From Patescibacteria group bacterium (lineage in GTDB: Bacteria; Patescibacteriota; Saccharimonadia; Saccharimonadales; 2-12-FULL-41-12), in assembly GCA_038064875.1 (NCBI GenBank), contig JBBTSC010000001.1, forward strand, positions 187,004-251,003: a stretch of 64,000 bases of DNA, given 5' to 3'. The notes below the pieces were generated by a model that saw only the letters and a program-made list of their open reading frames with translations, searched no databases and was not told the DNA's origin. The position numbers were made by a program, and so were the translations under genes. Shown here piece by piece: positions 34,956-43,040 of the stretch (positions within the stretch are counted from its first letter, which is position 1; the number at the start of each line of letters is the position of its first letter).

Positions 34956-35032
34956 TGGAGCCACCTGTCGGATTCGAACCGACGACCCTCTGTTTACAAA
35001 ACAGATGCTCTAACCAACTGAGCTAAGGTGGC
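34956..35032 (-). tRNA. tRNA-Thr (anticodon UGU)
   Basis: Reverse complement is GCCACCU-UA-GCUC..GAGC-A-UCUGU-UUUGUAA-ACAGA..GUCGGUUCGAAUCCGAC-AGGUGGC-U-CCA. Confidence 0.9.
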
Positions 35033-35088
35033 GCGTATCAGACTATTTTACCAGGTTATGCACCATATCATCAAGAGAAATAGTCAAA

Positions 35089-35616
35089 CTAGTCTTCTTC
35101 TAAGTCTAAATGTTCGATCGTCTTCTGAACTAGACTAACCGCCAACATCTGCAAACTGTTAAAATCATTTGCTAAACCATCTATTGACTTGTCTAGAAAA
35201 CTAATTAGGGCTTTTTCTTCTTCTGCATCTGTAACATAGGTGTTAACTTGTACTCCGAAATCTGTGCATAATGTTGGCACATGCAATCCACTACTGAGCG
35301 TATCTATTAGAATATACCCCCCGTCTATCTTAACTACTTTACAAAAATCATCATTACTAAGAGTCCCGTATTCATCATCTTCAAAAAAGTCTTCGATGAA
35401 AGTCTTCACAGCCTGGTCATCAAAAGAAGCTTGGAACATCTTCTCATCAACAACCAACGCATCACTCGCTATAAAAATTGAACCTTCAGCACCAACAAAG
35501 TAAGCTGACCTGTCAATCAATCCGTGAGAACCATTTTCCATCGTTCCAACAACCGTCAAAAGGTTTTGGGGTGGAATGGTGTCTGCTTTTGGTATAAGCC
35601 TCTCTCCGTCAAACAT
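35089..35616 (-). CDS. hypothetical acidic protein
   Basis: 175-aa ORF with no motif recognised, downstream of the 538-aa ORF. Confidence 0.5.
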   Translation of the reverse strand: MFDGERLIPKADTIPPQNLLTVVGTMENGSHGLIDRSAYFVGAEGSIFIASDALVVDEKMFQASFDDQAVKTFIEDFFEDDEYGTLSNDDFCKVVKIDGGYILIDTLSSGLHVPTLCTDFGVQVNTYVTDAEEEKALISFLDKSIDGLANDFNSLQMLAVSLVQKTIEHLDLEED

Positions 35617-35625
35617 ACTAATATA

Positions 35626-37242
35626 TTACTTTCTTTTGATTATTTTACAAATTTGTTTTGTTGCACAGTTATAGCTAGAGATAATTTTTGCTTTAGCTCG
35701 CACGACATCATTCCAAAGTTTTTCTTCTGCGTCGCTACCCCAACCACCACCAATTCTTAAACCTGACAGCTTCGCTACTGCCAAACGGCTGTTGTTGTGC
35801 CCGATATGCTTAGTGTAATCTCCATACGTTTTCCACATCTGTTGAGCTACAGCTGTGTAACCGCCTAAAATAGGTATAAGTGAGCACAAAGTTGCTTTGC
35901 TCAGGTCTGTTTTGTTAAAACGATCTGTTAAGGCAGTTACTGCACCTCGCACTGCAGAGGTTGCTATCGCACCTGTAGCAAGGACTCCAACTACTTCCTT
36001 CGGGCTGTTGTAGACTGTGAGCGCTGACGCAGTCAACGCATCAAAAACACGCGAATTTGCCAAATAAAATATTTGCAAGGCTGTATATGTGTTAAGGTCG
36101 TGCGGAGAGACCACGTCTAAAGCTTCTTTGTATTCTTTTTCTGAGACTGTCCCATTCTTTGTTGCCACACTCATTCCTTTCAGTATTGTATTCCTCAGTA
36201 CTACGTGTGTTCGGATATCTGGGTCTTTGAGGCAGAGGTACGTCACGTATGGTAAATCTCTTAGTTTGCTAGCCCTGCTTTGTATTTTTTCACTTGCCAA
36301 GTCAACTATAGCCCCTCCAAAAATTGATAATCGAATAGCGTTGTGACCAAAATCCGAAGAACGAATTATATCGGCTTTTCTTGGAGTTACAGAGTTGAGA
36401 TCCTCAAGGCTATCCGCAACTTTAACTCTTTTTGGCTTTTCATCAGCTGATTCTATGACAGCTTGCTCAATAGCGTATTCTTGAAGAAGTTTGTTTAACT
36501 TTCCTCTGTCTTCATCAGCTAAATCTAGATTTTCAGCAATATCTTTAAGCTTCTCGGTATCAATCTTTCGAAAAGTCTGATCTTTTCCATCTAACCCAAA
36601 TGTGGCTTTGGCGTCTTTAAAAAACTTAAATTTAGACAATAACAGACTCCCAGGAAAAGAAACCAATGGAAGCTCAGTCCTGCCATCTAACCAGACCAAG
36701 CCACCGTCTGACCTGACTCTAAAGTTAGCTTTACCAACAGGGTTCTCTGGGTGTATATGAGCAAGAGTTTGAATCCCCGTACTTTCAGCCTGTGACCAGA
36801 GTAATTCTCTTGCCTCTCTAATCTTGTCGTTTTCAGCACCGTCATCATCAAGTCGTGCACTATGTGTTGTGTCCATACGCTCAATAACTTGAGCAAAACC
36901 ATGTCCAGATATAAAAGTATACCCCAAAGGTTCAGGTGTTGTTACGTTACCACCGGTTAGCTTTGGAACAACGATGCTGAGTATAGAGCTCCTTAGGTAG
37001 TCCGCTCTGGCTACATTTTCGTCTGTTCTCTCTTCAGGTGCTTGAGTGATAGTAACAACCGCTCGCCCAAGTACTGCGAGCTCATCTTCGCTGTAGCCCT
37101 CAATCACATCACTATGAATTGTTTCTATCCAGCCTTCACCGTGGCCAACCTGAGATAAAGGCAGATCAATAGATTGTCCATTGCTTTGAGCTAAAGCGAA
37201 TGAACCACCATCCACGACCATTTCTTGTCTTATGTTTAACAT
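35626..37242 (-). CDS. hypothetical protein (weak resemblance to ABC1/UbiB-type atypical kinases)
   Basis: 538 aa. LAHIHPENPVGKANFRVRSDGGLVWLDG resembles a kinase catalytic-loop/DFG region. Hydrophobic C-terminal segments. The assignment is tentative. Confidence 0.5.
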   Translation of the reverse strand: MLNIRQEMVVDGGSFALAQSNGQSIDLPLSQVGHGEGWIETIHSDVIEGYSEDELAVLGRAVVTITQAPEERTDENVARADYLRSSILSIVVPKLTGGNVTTPEPLGYTFISGHGFAQVIERMDTTHSARLDDDGAENDKIREARELLWSQAESTGIQTLAHIHPENPVGKANFRVRSDGGLVWLDGRTELPLVSFPGSLLLSKFKFFKDAKATFGLDGKDQTFRKIDTEKLKDIAENLDLADEDRGKLNKLLQEYAIEQAVIESADEKPKRVKVADSLEDLNSVTPRKADIIRSSDFGHNAIRLSIFGGAIVDLASEKIQSRASKLRDLPYVTYLCLKDPDIRTHVVLRNTILKGMSVATKNGTVSEKEYKEALDVVSPHDLNTYTALQIFYLANSRVFDALTASALTVYNSPKEVVGVLATGAIATSAVRGAVTALTDRFNKTDLSKATLCSLIPILGGYTAVAQQMWKTYGDYTKHIGHNNSRLAVAKLSGLRIGGGWGSDAEEKLWNDVVRAKAKIISSYNCATKQICKIIKRK

Positions 37243-37265
37243 ATTATAATGTAAATAACATATTT

Positions 37266-37294
37266 ATTATACAATATTTCTATTTATTTTTCAA
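37266..37294 (-). promoter_or_regulatory. near-consensus promoter (TTGAAA-17-TATAAT) for the two-ORF insert
   Basis: Minus strand: TTGAAA at 37294-37289, a 17-nt spacer, TATAAT at 37271-37266. Confidence 0.55.
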
Positions 37295-37318
37295 TATTAG
37301 TTGATAGCTCATGTAAAT

Positions 37319-37346
37319 AAAAAAATGACTCAATCATTTGAGCCAT
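37319..37346 (-). terminator. rho-independent terminator after tRNA-Tyr
   Basis: ATGACTCAA (37325-37333) / TTGAGCCAT (37338-37346), followed on the minus strand by a T-run. Confidence 0.6.
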
Positions 37347-37349
37347 TTT

Positions 37350-37434
37350 TGGTGCAGGGTGAGGGATTCGAACCCCCGAAGGCTGAGCCAGATGATTTAC
37401 AGTCACCCGTGTTTGACCGCTTCACTAACCCTGC
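37350..37434 (-). tRNA. tRNA-Tyr (anticodon GUA), class II with long variable arm
   Basis: Reverse complement is GCAGGGU..GGUGA-CUGUAAA-UCAUC-UGGCUCAGCCUUC-GGGGGUUCGAAUCCCUC-ACCCUGC-A-CCA. Confidence 0.9.
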
Positions 37435-37456
37435 ATATCTGTATATCTGCTATCAA

Positions 37457-37531
37457 TGGAGCCATCTTCGGGATTTGAACCCGAGACCCCATCCTTACCA
37501 TGGATGTGCTCTACCCCTGAGCTAAGATGGC
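37457..37531 (-). tRNA. tRNA-Thr (anticodon GGU)
   Basis: Reverse complement is GCCAUCU-UA-GCUC..GAGC-A-CAUCC-AUGGUAA-GGAUG..UCGGGUUCAAAUCCCGA-AGAUGGC-U-CCA. Confidence 0.9.
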
Positions 37532-37580
37532 GTACAAGCAGATATATCTAAGTTACATTTTAACAAATGCTAGACTATTA

Positions 37581-38246
37581 TCAAACAACAACTCTTCGAG
37601 CTGGTCTACGCAGTCGGCGAGGTTTCTTCTGGGCTGGTGCTTGAGTAGTCATTTTCTTAAGCTTGTGATCTAGCTGATCTGCCTCTTTGTGCATTTCTTT
37701 TTTACGGTAAAGAGCAATCAGTAACTCATAGCTTTCTTTAGTAGGTTCTAAACTTGCTGCTTTTTCTAGATGATCTTGCATCAATTTTTCATTGCCAACA
37801 TGCTCCAGGGCCTTTGCAACAGCAATATGCCGAGTCGCCATGGTGTCATCAAGCTCGAGTGCGTGCTCAAATGCCCTAACTGCCTTCTCGTAATTTTCAG
37901 TTTCATAATATATAAGTCCAAGGTTATGTAAACTTGAAGCTGTCGGCTGAATACTAGAGGCTATCTCAAAACAATCAATAGCATCCTTATACTCTTTTTG
38001 CTTAGCATACAGTACACCCAGCCTGTTATACGCTGCAGCGTTTGTCTTATCTATTTTAAGAATAGCCAGTAGTGCTTTCTCGGCGCGAACTAGTCGATTC
38101 TCGCGCATATTGTGGTGTGCCATTCGCCACAACTTACCAACCTGATCTTTTATCTTGTGTGAAATCTCTGGTTCTTCATAATGATGTACTCTAAATGAGT
38201 AGAAAACAAAGACAATCGCAACAACCACCAACAAAGTTTCAATCAT
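37581..38246 (-). CDS. membrane-anchored TPR-repeat protein
   Basis: N-terminal TM followed by tandem TPR-like repeats (AYNRLGVLYAKQKEYKDAIDCFEIA...). Confidence 0.75.
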   Translation of the reverse strand: MIETLLVVVAIVFVFYSFRVHHYEEPEISHKIKDQVGKLWRMAHHNMRENRLVRAEKALLAILKIDKTNAAAYNRLGVLYAKQKEYKDAIDCFEIASSIQPTASSLHNLGLIYYETENYEKAVRAFEHALELDDTMATRHIAVAKALEHVGNEKLMQDHLEKAASLEPTKESYELLIALYRKKEMHKEADQLDHKLKKMTTQAPAQKKPRRLRRPARRVVV

Positions 38247-38264
38247 GCTAGTATTTTAACACTC

Positions 38265-39008
38265 TTAGAGGTTAAGCGAAAGATCCAGCCATATTAGCTT
38301 TGGGTTAACGTTACTTGATAAGGATTTTATATTCGTTTCTACTGTTTGAATTTTTTTGATTAACTTTCTCATTTCAACAGTATTTTCTGAATTCGATAGT
38401 TTGAAATAAATAATTTCAAATAGCATAACCATGACTTCTTTCTGTTGCTGTTTTTCAAGTTTTGCTAAATCATTTACCATTGTCAATCTTTCGTATTTTT
38501 TACTTGATATAAATTTTTTGGCTAGATCTGTAGAATCAGTATTGTTTGATTTTAGACTGATAGCAGTTTCTTGGGTTACAGGCAAGGTATTTAATTGCTT
38601 CATTCTGGAAAGAATAGTTGACGGCAAATCTGCTATAGCCGTAGTGGTGGCAATAATATACGTTTTTTCTGGTGGCTCTTCTAGCAACTTAAGCATCGCA
38701 TTGTGCGACTCACGACCTATGCTCTCAATTGAGTTAATAACCACTATTCTTTTGTGCTTTGAGTCTTTACTCACAAATTTGTATGAAAACTCTTTTTTGA
38801 CCATCCTGACCTGTTCAATACCATCATTTTCCCCATCAATGACAATTTTGTACGGATATGTGCTCAGATCTGACCCCACAAGACCTTTTACTAAGGTATC
38901 CACAAGATCATTTTTACCGCTATTTTTGGGGCCGACAATAAGAAGCGCGTGAAAAGGTGTCTGCAGATAATCATTAACATGTCTCTTTGTCGTAGGATTA
39001 ATCAGCAT
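38265..39008 (-). CDS. holB: DNA polymerase III delta'-like clamp-loader subunit
   Basis: LIVGPKNSGKNDL, NAMLKLLEEPPEKTYIIATT, STILSRM. Confidence 0.7.
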   Translation of the reverse strand: MLINPTTKRHVNDYLQTPFHALLIVGPKNSGKNDLVDTLVKGLVGSDLSTYPYKIVIDGENDGIEQVRMVKKEFSYKFVSKDSKHKRIVVINSIESIGRESHNAMLKLLEEPPEKTYIIATTTAIADLPSTILSRMKQLNTLPVTQETAISLKSNNTDSTDLAKKFISSKKYERLTMVNDLAKLEKQQQKEVMVMLFEIIYFKLSNSENTVEMRKLIKKIQTVETNIKSLSSNVNPKLIWLDLSLNL

Positions 39009-39858
39009 TATTAACTACCTCGAACTCTTTTGGTGTTGAAGCAACGAAAGTTTTCTTCTCTTTATCATACAGTGTTATATCTAGCTGAGATGCATGTAGC
39101 ATCAGACGATCATATTTCTCACCACCGTAGAACGTATCACCCAATATTGGGCAATCAAGCTCACTCAGATGAACTCTCAATTGATGCGTTCTACCAGTCG
39201 TTGGAGTCAACTTCAGTAGCGTTACCTTTTTATTCTTAATAGTCGATTCTTTAAGTGTCTCATACTCAGTTACTGACGGTTTACCGTGTGGGCCAACCCT
39301 AAAAAACTGTGGCTTCTTTGGGTTTCTCTCTATTGGTAAGTCTATCACTGCTTTTTGGTGTTTTAATGTTCCTGTCGCTACAGCTAAATATGTCTTTTGG
39401 ACTTTTCTGTCTGCAAATTGAATCTTATACCATTTCTCTGCCTCAGGTGTTTTGGCACAGAGTATCACGCCACTAGTTGCTCTATCGAGCCTGTGGACAA
39501 TACCGTCGCGGTTTGTCCCAACAAATTCTTTTGATAGTTTTGGCTGAATATATGAGGCGATAGTCTGTTCCGGATAGAAAGCCCCTTTAGAATGAGTTAG
39601 CATACCTACTGGCTTGTCTAGCACCAAGGTATCATCATCTTCATAGAGCACCTCTACGTCAAAATTTGCTGACTCCTGAGGTACAACTTGATCTGCGATA
39701 TCAAGGATGTCGTTTTCGCTAACCATATAGCTAGGTTTGAGTACTGCTGTGCCATTGACCTTGACGTTACCAAGCTTGATCAACTTATTAGCATAGCTTC
39801 GTGATTTATCATCAAGTTCTTGTGATACTCTGGTGTCTAGACGGATCGCTTCATTCAA
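38998..39858 (-). CDS. RluA-family pseudouridine synthase (RluD-like, with S4 domain)
   Basis: HRLDRATSGVIL catalytic motif. N-terminal S4-like RLDTRVSQEL. Confidence 0.9.
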   Translation of the reverse strand: MNEAIRLDTRVSQELDDKSRSYANKLIKLGNVKVNGTAVLKPSYMVSENDILDIADQVVPQESANFDVEVLYEDDDTLVLDKPVGMLTHSKGAFYPEQTIASYIQPKLSKEFVGTNRDGIVHRLDRATSGVILCAKTPEAEKWYKIQFADRKVQKTYLAVATGTLKHQKAVIDLPIERNPKKPQFFRVGPHGKPSVTEYETLKESTIKNKKVTLLKLTPTTGRTHQLRVHLSELDCPILGDTFYGGEKYDRLMLHASQLDITLYDKEKKTFVASTPKEFEVVNNAD

Positions 39859-40922
39859 CTTCTTAGTCCTACAGCTTTTTGAACCTTTTCTAGCGTTTTG
39901 TTAGCTACTTTGTTCATCTCGTCTTCAGATTCCTCGAGTTTGGCAAGAAGCTTTTTGTCATCAACCTGCGATAGGCTAGTTTGAAAATCTTTTAGAAAGT
40001 TAGCGACAACATCTGCAACAGCTTTCTTAAACTCCCCATACTGTGTTTGGCCTTTGAACTGCTCAATAGATTTATCAAGTGATTGATTATTCAGAAGCGC
40101 ATGTATCTGCAGTAGGTTTGATACACCTGGCTGATTCTCAGGGTCATAGGCAACCTTTGCCTTACTATCTGTAGTTGCACTCATGATCTTCTTTCGAGCA
40201 TCTTCTGGGCTATCACTCATGAAGATAATGCCTTTGTCTGAATCATCGCTTTTGCTCATTTTTTTGGTTGGGTCTTGTAGATCTTTAATGCGTAGACCTT
40301 GATCTTTGCCAAAGAATTTATGCTGCTCGGCAACCGCTTTTGGGACAGTAAATAATTCACCAAATTTCTTGTTCATTCGCTGTGCGATATCACGCGTAAA
40401 CTCTAGATGTTGTGTTTGATCGTCCCCAACAGGCACATATATAGCGTCGTAAAGCAGAATGTCGGAGGCCATAAGCACTGGATAGTCAAAAAGCCCAATG
40501 CTGACATGATTCTGTTGGAATGCGTCCTTTGGGTCATCAGGAAAAGGTTCTCGTTTTGATTTATCTTTAAACTGAGTCATTCTAGACATTTCACCAAAAC
40601 CAGTAAAGCTGTTTAATATAACCGTGAGCTCACTGTGGGCTGGGATACGACTTTGTCTGTAGAGATAAACATTTGCATTATCTAGAGGCAAACCTGAAGC
40701 TACGAAGACACGAAGGTTTTGTATGATTTGGTTTTGCAGAACGTTGTGGTCAATAGGTGTTGTGAAGCTATGCAAATCCGGTACGAAGAGATTGATTTGA
40801 TAATCATCAGATTTACTTCGCGCCAAATCGACAATAGGGAGCAATGCCCCCAGATAGTTGCCTATATGGAGGTCATTGTTAGCTCGAAGACCAGTTAATA
40901 TGACGGGTTTACTCATTATCAT
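39855..40922 (-). CDS. trpS: tryptophan--tRNA ligase
   Basis: Class I motifs HIGNYLGAL and KMSKS. Confidence 0.95.
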   Translation of the reverse strand: MIMSKPVILTGLRANNDLHIGNYLGALLPIVDLARSKSDDYQINLFVPDLHSFTTPIDHNVLQNQIIQNLRVFVASGLPLDNANVYLYRQSRIPAHSELTVILNSFTGFGEMSRMTQFKDKSKREPFPDDPKDAFQQNHVSIGLFDYPVLMASDILLYDAIYVPVGDDQTQHLEFTRDIAQRMNKKFGELFTVPKAVAEQHKFFGKDQGLRIKDLQDPTKKMSKSDDSDKGIIFMSDSPEDARKKIMSATTDSKAKVAYDPENQPGVSNLLQIHALLNNQSLDKSIEQFKGQTQYGEFKKAVADVVANFLKDFQTSLSQVDDKKLLAKLEESEDEMNKVANKTLEKVQKAVGLRS

Positions 40923-40924
40923 TA

Positions 40925-41140
40925 TTATACCTCATCGTCCTCTATAAGCTGATACAGGTTCTGGCCAAAGGCTACAGACAAGACCAGAAAGCCTCTTTCT
41001 GCCATATTTTCTATCTCTTCTTTGTCGAATGTACCTGTTGTATGTTGTTCAATCAATACGAACCTTCCTAGTTCCGTATGAATATCATAAGGGTTCTCCG
41101 GAACAGAATACTCTATTCCATTTATATTACATTTTTCCAT
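40925..41140 (-). CDS. hypothetical 71-aa protein, first cistron of the trpS operon
   Basis: GGAG RBS 9 nt upstream of the ATG. No motif. Its stop lies 2 nt before the trpS ORF. Confidence 0.5.
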   Translation of the reverse strand: MEKCNINGIEYSVPENPYDIHTELGRFVLIEQHTTGTFDKEEIENMAERGFLVLSVAFGQNLYQLIEDDEV

Positions 41141-41161
41141 TGTTATTCTCCATTTAAAATT

Positions 41162-41186
41162 AAAAAACCGCCTGTATTTGGCGGTT
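41162..41186 (-). terminator. intrinsic terminator in the trpS-operon leader (attenuator)
   Basis: Minus strand: AACCGCC (41186-41180), a 7-nt loop, GGCGGTT (41172-41166), then a T-run. Confidence 0.55.
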
Positions 41187-41212
41187 AGGTTAAGTACTAT
41201 TTGATTTATTTT

Positions 41213-41284
41213 TTAGACATTAAGAGACAACCGCCAAGTGTAGCAGTTTTTCCAGTACAAATTTAATGTAATTTTACTGATCAT
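41213..41284 (-). CDS. candidate leaderless 23-aa leader peptide with two Trp codons
   Basis: Minus-strand ATG 41284 to TAA 41215-41213 translates MISKITLNLYWKNCYTWRLSLNV. The ATG starts 7 nt after the -10 box. UGG codons lie at 41254-41252 and 41236-41234. Confidence 0.4.
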   Translation of the reverse strand: MISKITLNLYWKNCYTWRLSLNV

Positions 41285-41291
41285 AGAACAA

Positions 41292-41320
41292 ATGATATAA
41301 GATAAATAACCTTATGTCAA
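41292..41320 (-). promoter_or_regulatory. promoter of the trpS-operon leader (TTGACA-17-TATCAT)
   Basis: Minus strand: TTGACA at 41320-41315, a 17-nt spacer, TATCAT at 41297-41292. Confidence 0.6.
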
Positions 41321-41411
41321 TATGTGTCAAATTTTGTCGTTTACTTGTGCCTATGTTTACCTATATAATCTCAGCATTAGGACAAAGTCCTATCTAAAAC
41401 AAGGGGAATCT

Positions 41412-41696
41412 ATGGAAATACTAAGAGTCTTAAAAAAGAGCAATATTTATTCTGTAATTGTAGCAATTATCATTGCCACTGCTGTGGGTTCAACGATGAT
41501 GATGACACTACAGGAACCTGCCACTTTATTATCAGGTATAGATAAAAACGAACTATATGGAGGAGCTGGTGGCTACCAGGGCGGACCTGGCTGGCAAACA
41601 ATGTATCTACAGCCAGTTATCCTGTTAGCTCTGCAACTTCTTGTACTTGAAGTTCTATGCCGTATAGCTGTAGCCATCTCCAAAAAATCAAAATAG
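41412..41696 (+). CDS. small two-TM membrane protein
   Basis: ATG 41412 (MEILRVLKK...) is preceded by an AAGGGGA RBS and TATAAT at 41364-41369. The longer ORF-track start is unlikely. Confidence 0.5.
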   Translation: MEILRVLKKSNIYSVIVAIIIATAVGSTMMMTLQEPATLLSGIDKNELYGGAGGYQGGPGWQTMYLQPVILLALQLLVLEVLCRIAVAISKKSK

Positions 41697-41714
41697 CCAA
41701 CAAAAATTATAGTG

Positions 41715-41733
41715 CAACCAGCTCCGCTGGTTG
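41715..41733. terminator. hairpin shared by convergent genes (small membrane ORF and rpsI)
   Basis: CAACCAGC (41715-41722) / GCTGGTTG (41726-41733). The U tracts are weak or offset on both strands. Confidence 0.4.
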
Positions 41734-41748
41734 GCAGGTAATTTGATA

Positions 41749-42147
41749 CTACCTCTTGGTGAATTGTCGTTGTTTACGTGCGCCCTTAAGACCGAATTTC
41801 TTTCGTTCTTTTTCACGGACATCTCGACCGAGCAAATCTGCACGTCGTAGAGAACCTCGCAAGCTCTCATCTTTAACAACAAGTGCTTTTGCAATTCCTA
41901 GACGAATAGCTTGAACTTGACCTGACAGACCACCACCACTGACTTTAACTGTAATATCAAATTTGTTTTCTTCTTGAAGTGCGTTAAATGGCTTTTCTAG
42001 TTCGTTAAGTAGATACTGGCTAGAGCTCAGATACTCTTCTGCAGGCTGATCATTAATAGTAATATTGCCTTTACCCTTATACAGACGTACTCGAGCTGTT
42101 GAGCTTTTTCGTCTTCCTAAACCGTAAAAATATGAACCTGTAGCCAT
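41749..42147 (-). CDS. rpsI: 30S ribosomal protein S9
   Basis: GGGLSGQVQAIRLGIAKAL...KKFGLKGARKQRQFTKR. Confidence 0.95.
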   Translation of the reverse strand: MATGSYFYGLGRRKSSTARVRLYKGKGNITINDQPAEEYLSSSQYLLNELEKPFNALQEENKFDITVKVSGGGLSGQVQAIRLGIAKALVVKDESLRGSLRRADLLGRDVREKERKKFGLKGARKQRQFTKR

Positions 42148-42593
42148 TATTTTGCACCTTTCTTAAGATTAAGCACTATTGGAGACTGAGCTTGGTGCTT
42201 GTGCTCACCATCTTTATATACTTTAAGTCGTTTTAGTCGTTCATCACGAAGCTTGTTGACTGGTAGCATTCCCTTGACAGCTTTTTGGATAGCTTTTGTC
42301 GAATCTTTTGCCATGACTTCCTTCAAACTAGCTTCTTTAAGCGCTCCCGGATAACCACTGTGTCGATAATATTTCTTGTCTTCTAACTTTTGACCTGTAA
42401 CTTTAAGTTGGTCAGCATTAAGAACAATCACAAAGTCACCACAATCGATGTGTTTGGTGAACATTGGCTTGTTTTTACCTGTTAGAATAACTGCGATTTC
42501 TGTGCTTAATCGTCCTAGCGTAGTATCACGAGCATCGATTTCGTACCATTTACGTTCTACTTCTGTTGGTTTTGCCGAATATGTCTTTCTCAT
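42147..42593 (-). CDS. rplM: 50S ribosomal protein L13
   Basis: WYEIDARDTTLGRLSTEIAVILTGKNKP. Confidence 0.95.
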   Translation of the reverse strand: MRKTYSAKPTEVERKWYEIDARDTTLGRLSTEIAVILTGKNKPMFTKHIDCGDFVIVLNADQLKVTGQKLEDKKYYRHSGYPGALKEASLKEVMAKDSTKAIQKAVKGMLPVNKLRDERLKRLKVYKDGEHKHQAQSPIVLNLKKGAK

Positions 42594-43036
42594 TTTGATT
42601 CCTTCTTAGTCGTCTTTGGCTTAACTTCAGTATTTTTAGCCTCTTTTGGCGCAGAAGCTTTCTTTACTGGAGCCTTGAGATCATCTACAAAACTAATCCG
42701 TGCCATCTGTGCATTATCACCACGACGAGTCGTAGTTTTTATAATCCGCAAATAACCACTATTCCTACCTGAAAGCTTAGGTGCTATATCGTCGAAAAGT
42801 TTATGTGCAGCATCTAGTGTTTGCAATTTGCTGATAACTTGTCGTCTGCGGTGAAGACCACCTTTTTTAGCCTTAGTAATAAGCTTTTCAGTATATGGAC
42901 GAAGGTCTTTGGCTTTGTAGACAGTAGTCTCAATAGACTCGTGAATAATCAACGAATCTGCAAGACCTTTGATCAACGCTCGACGTTGATCACGCTCTCT
43001 TCCAAATTTACGACCTTTGTATCCGTGTCTGTGCAT
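42590..43036 (-). CDS. rplQ: 50S ribosomal protein L17
   Basis: MHRHGYKGRKFGRERDQRRAL. Lys-rich C-terminal tail. Confidence 0.95.
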   Translation of the reverse strand: MHRHGYKGRKFGRERDQRRALIKGLADSLIIHESIETTVYKAKDLRPYTEKLITKAKKGGLHRRRQVISKLQTLDAAHKLFDDIAPKLSGRNSGYLRIIKTTTRRGDNAQMARISFVDDLKAPVKKASAPKEAKNTEVKPKTTKKESK

Positions 43037-43040
43037 CTAA

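Noticed and set aside
41162-41290. T-box riboswitch as the explanation of the trpS leader (UGG in a hairpin loop at 41254-41252; UGGC able to pair with the GCCA end of tRNA-Trp).
   Set aside because: The leader is only ~145 nt. I cannot find the conserved T-box sequence (…GGGUGGNACCGCG…), a K-turn/specifier-loop architecture or stem I distal motifs. The leader-peptide model explains the same features more completely. Still worth a covariance-model scan.
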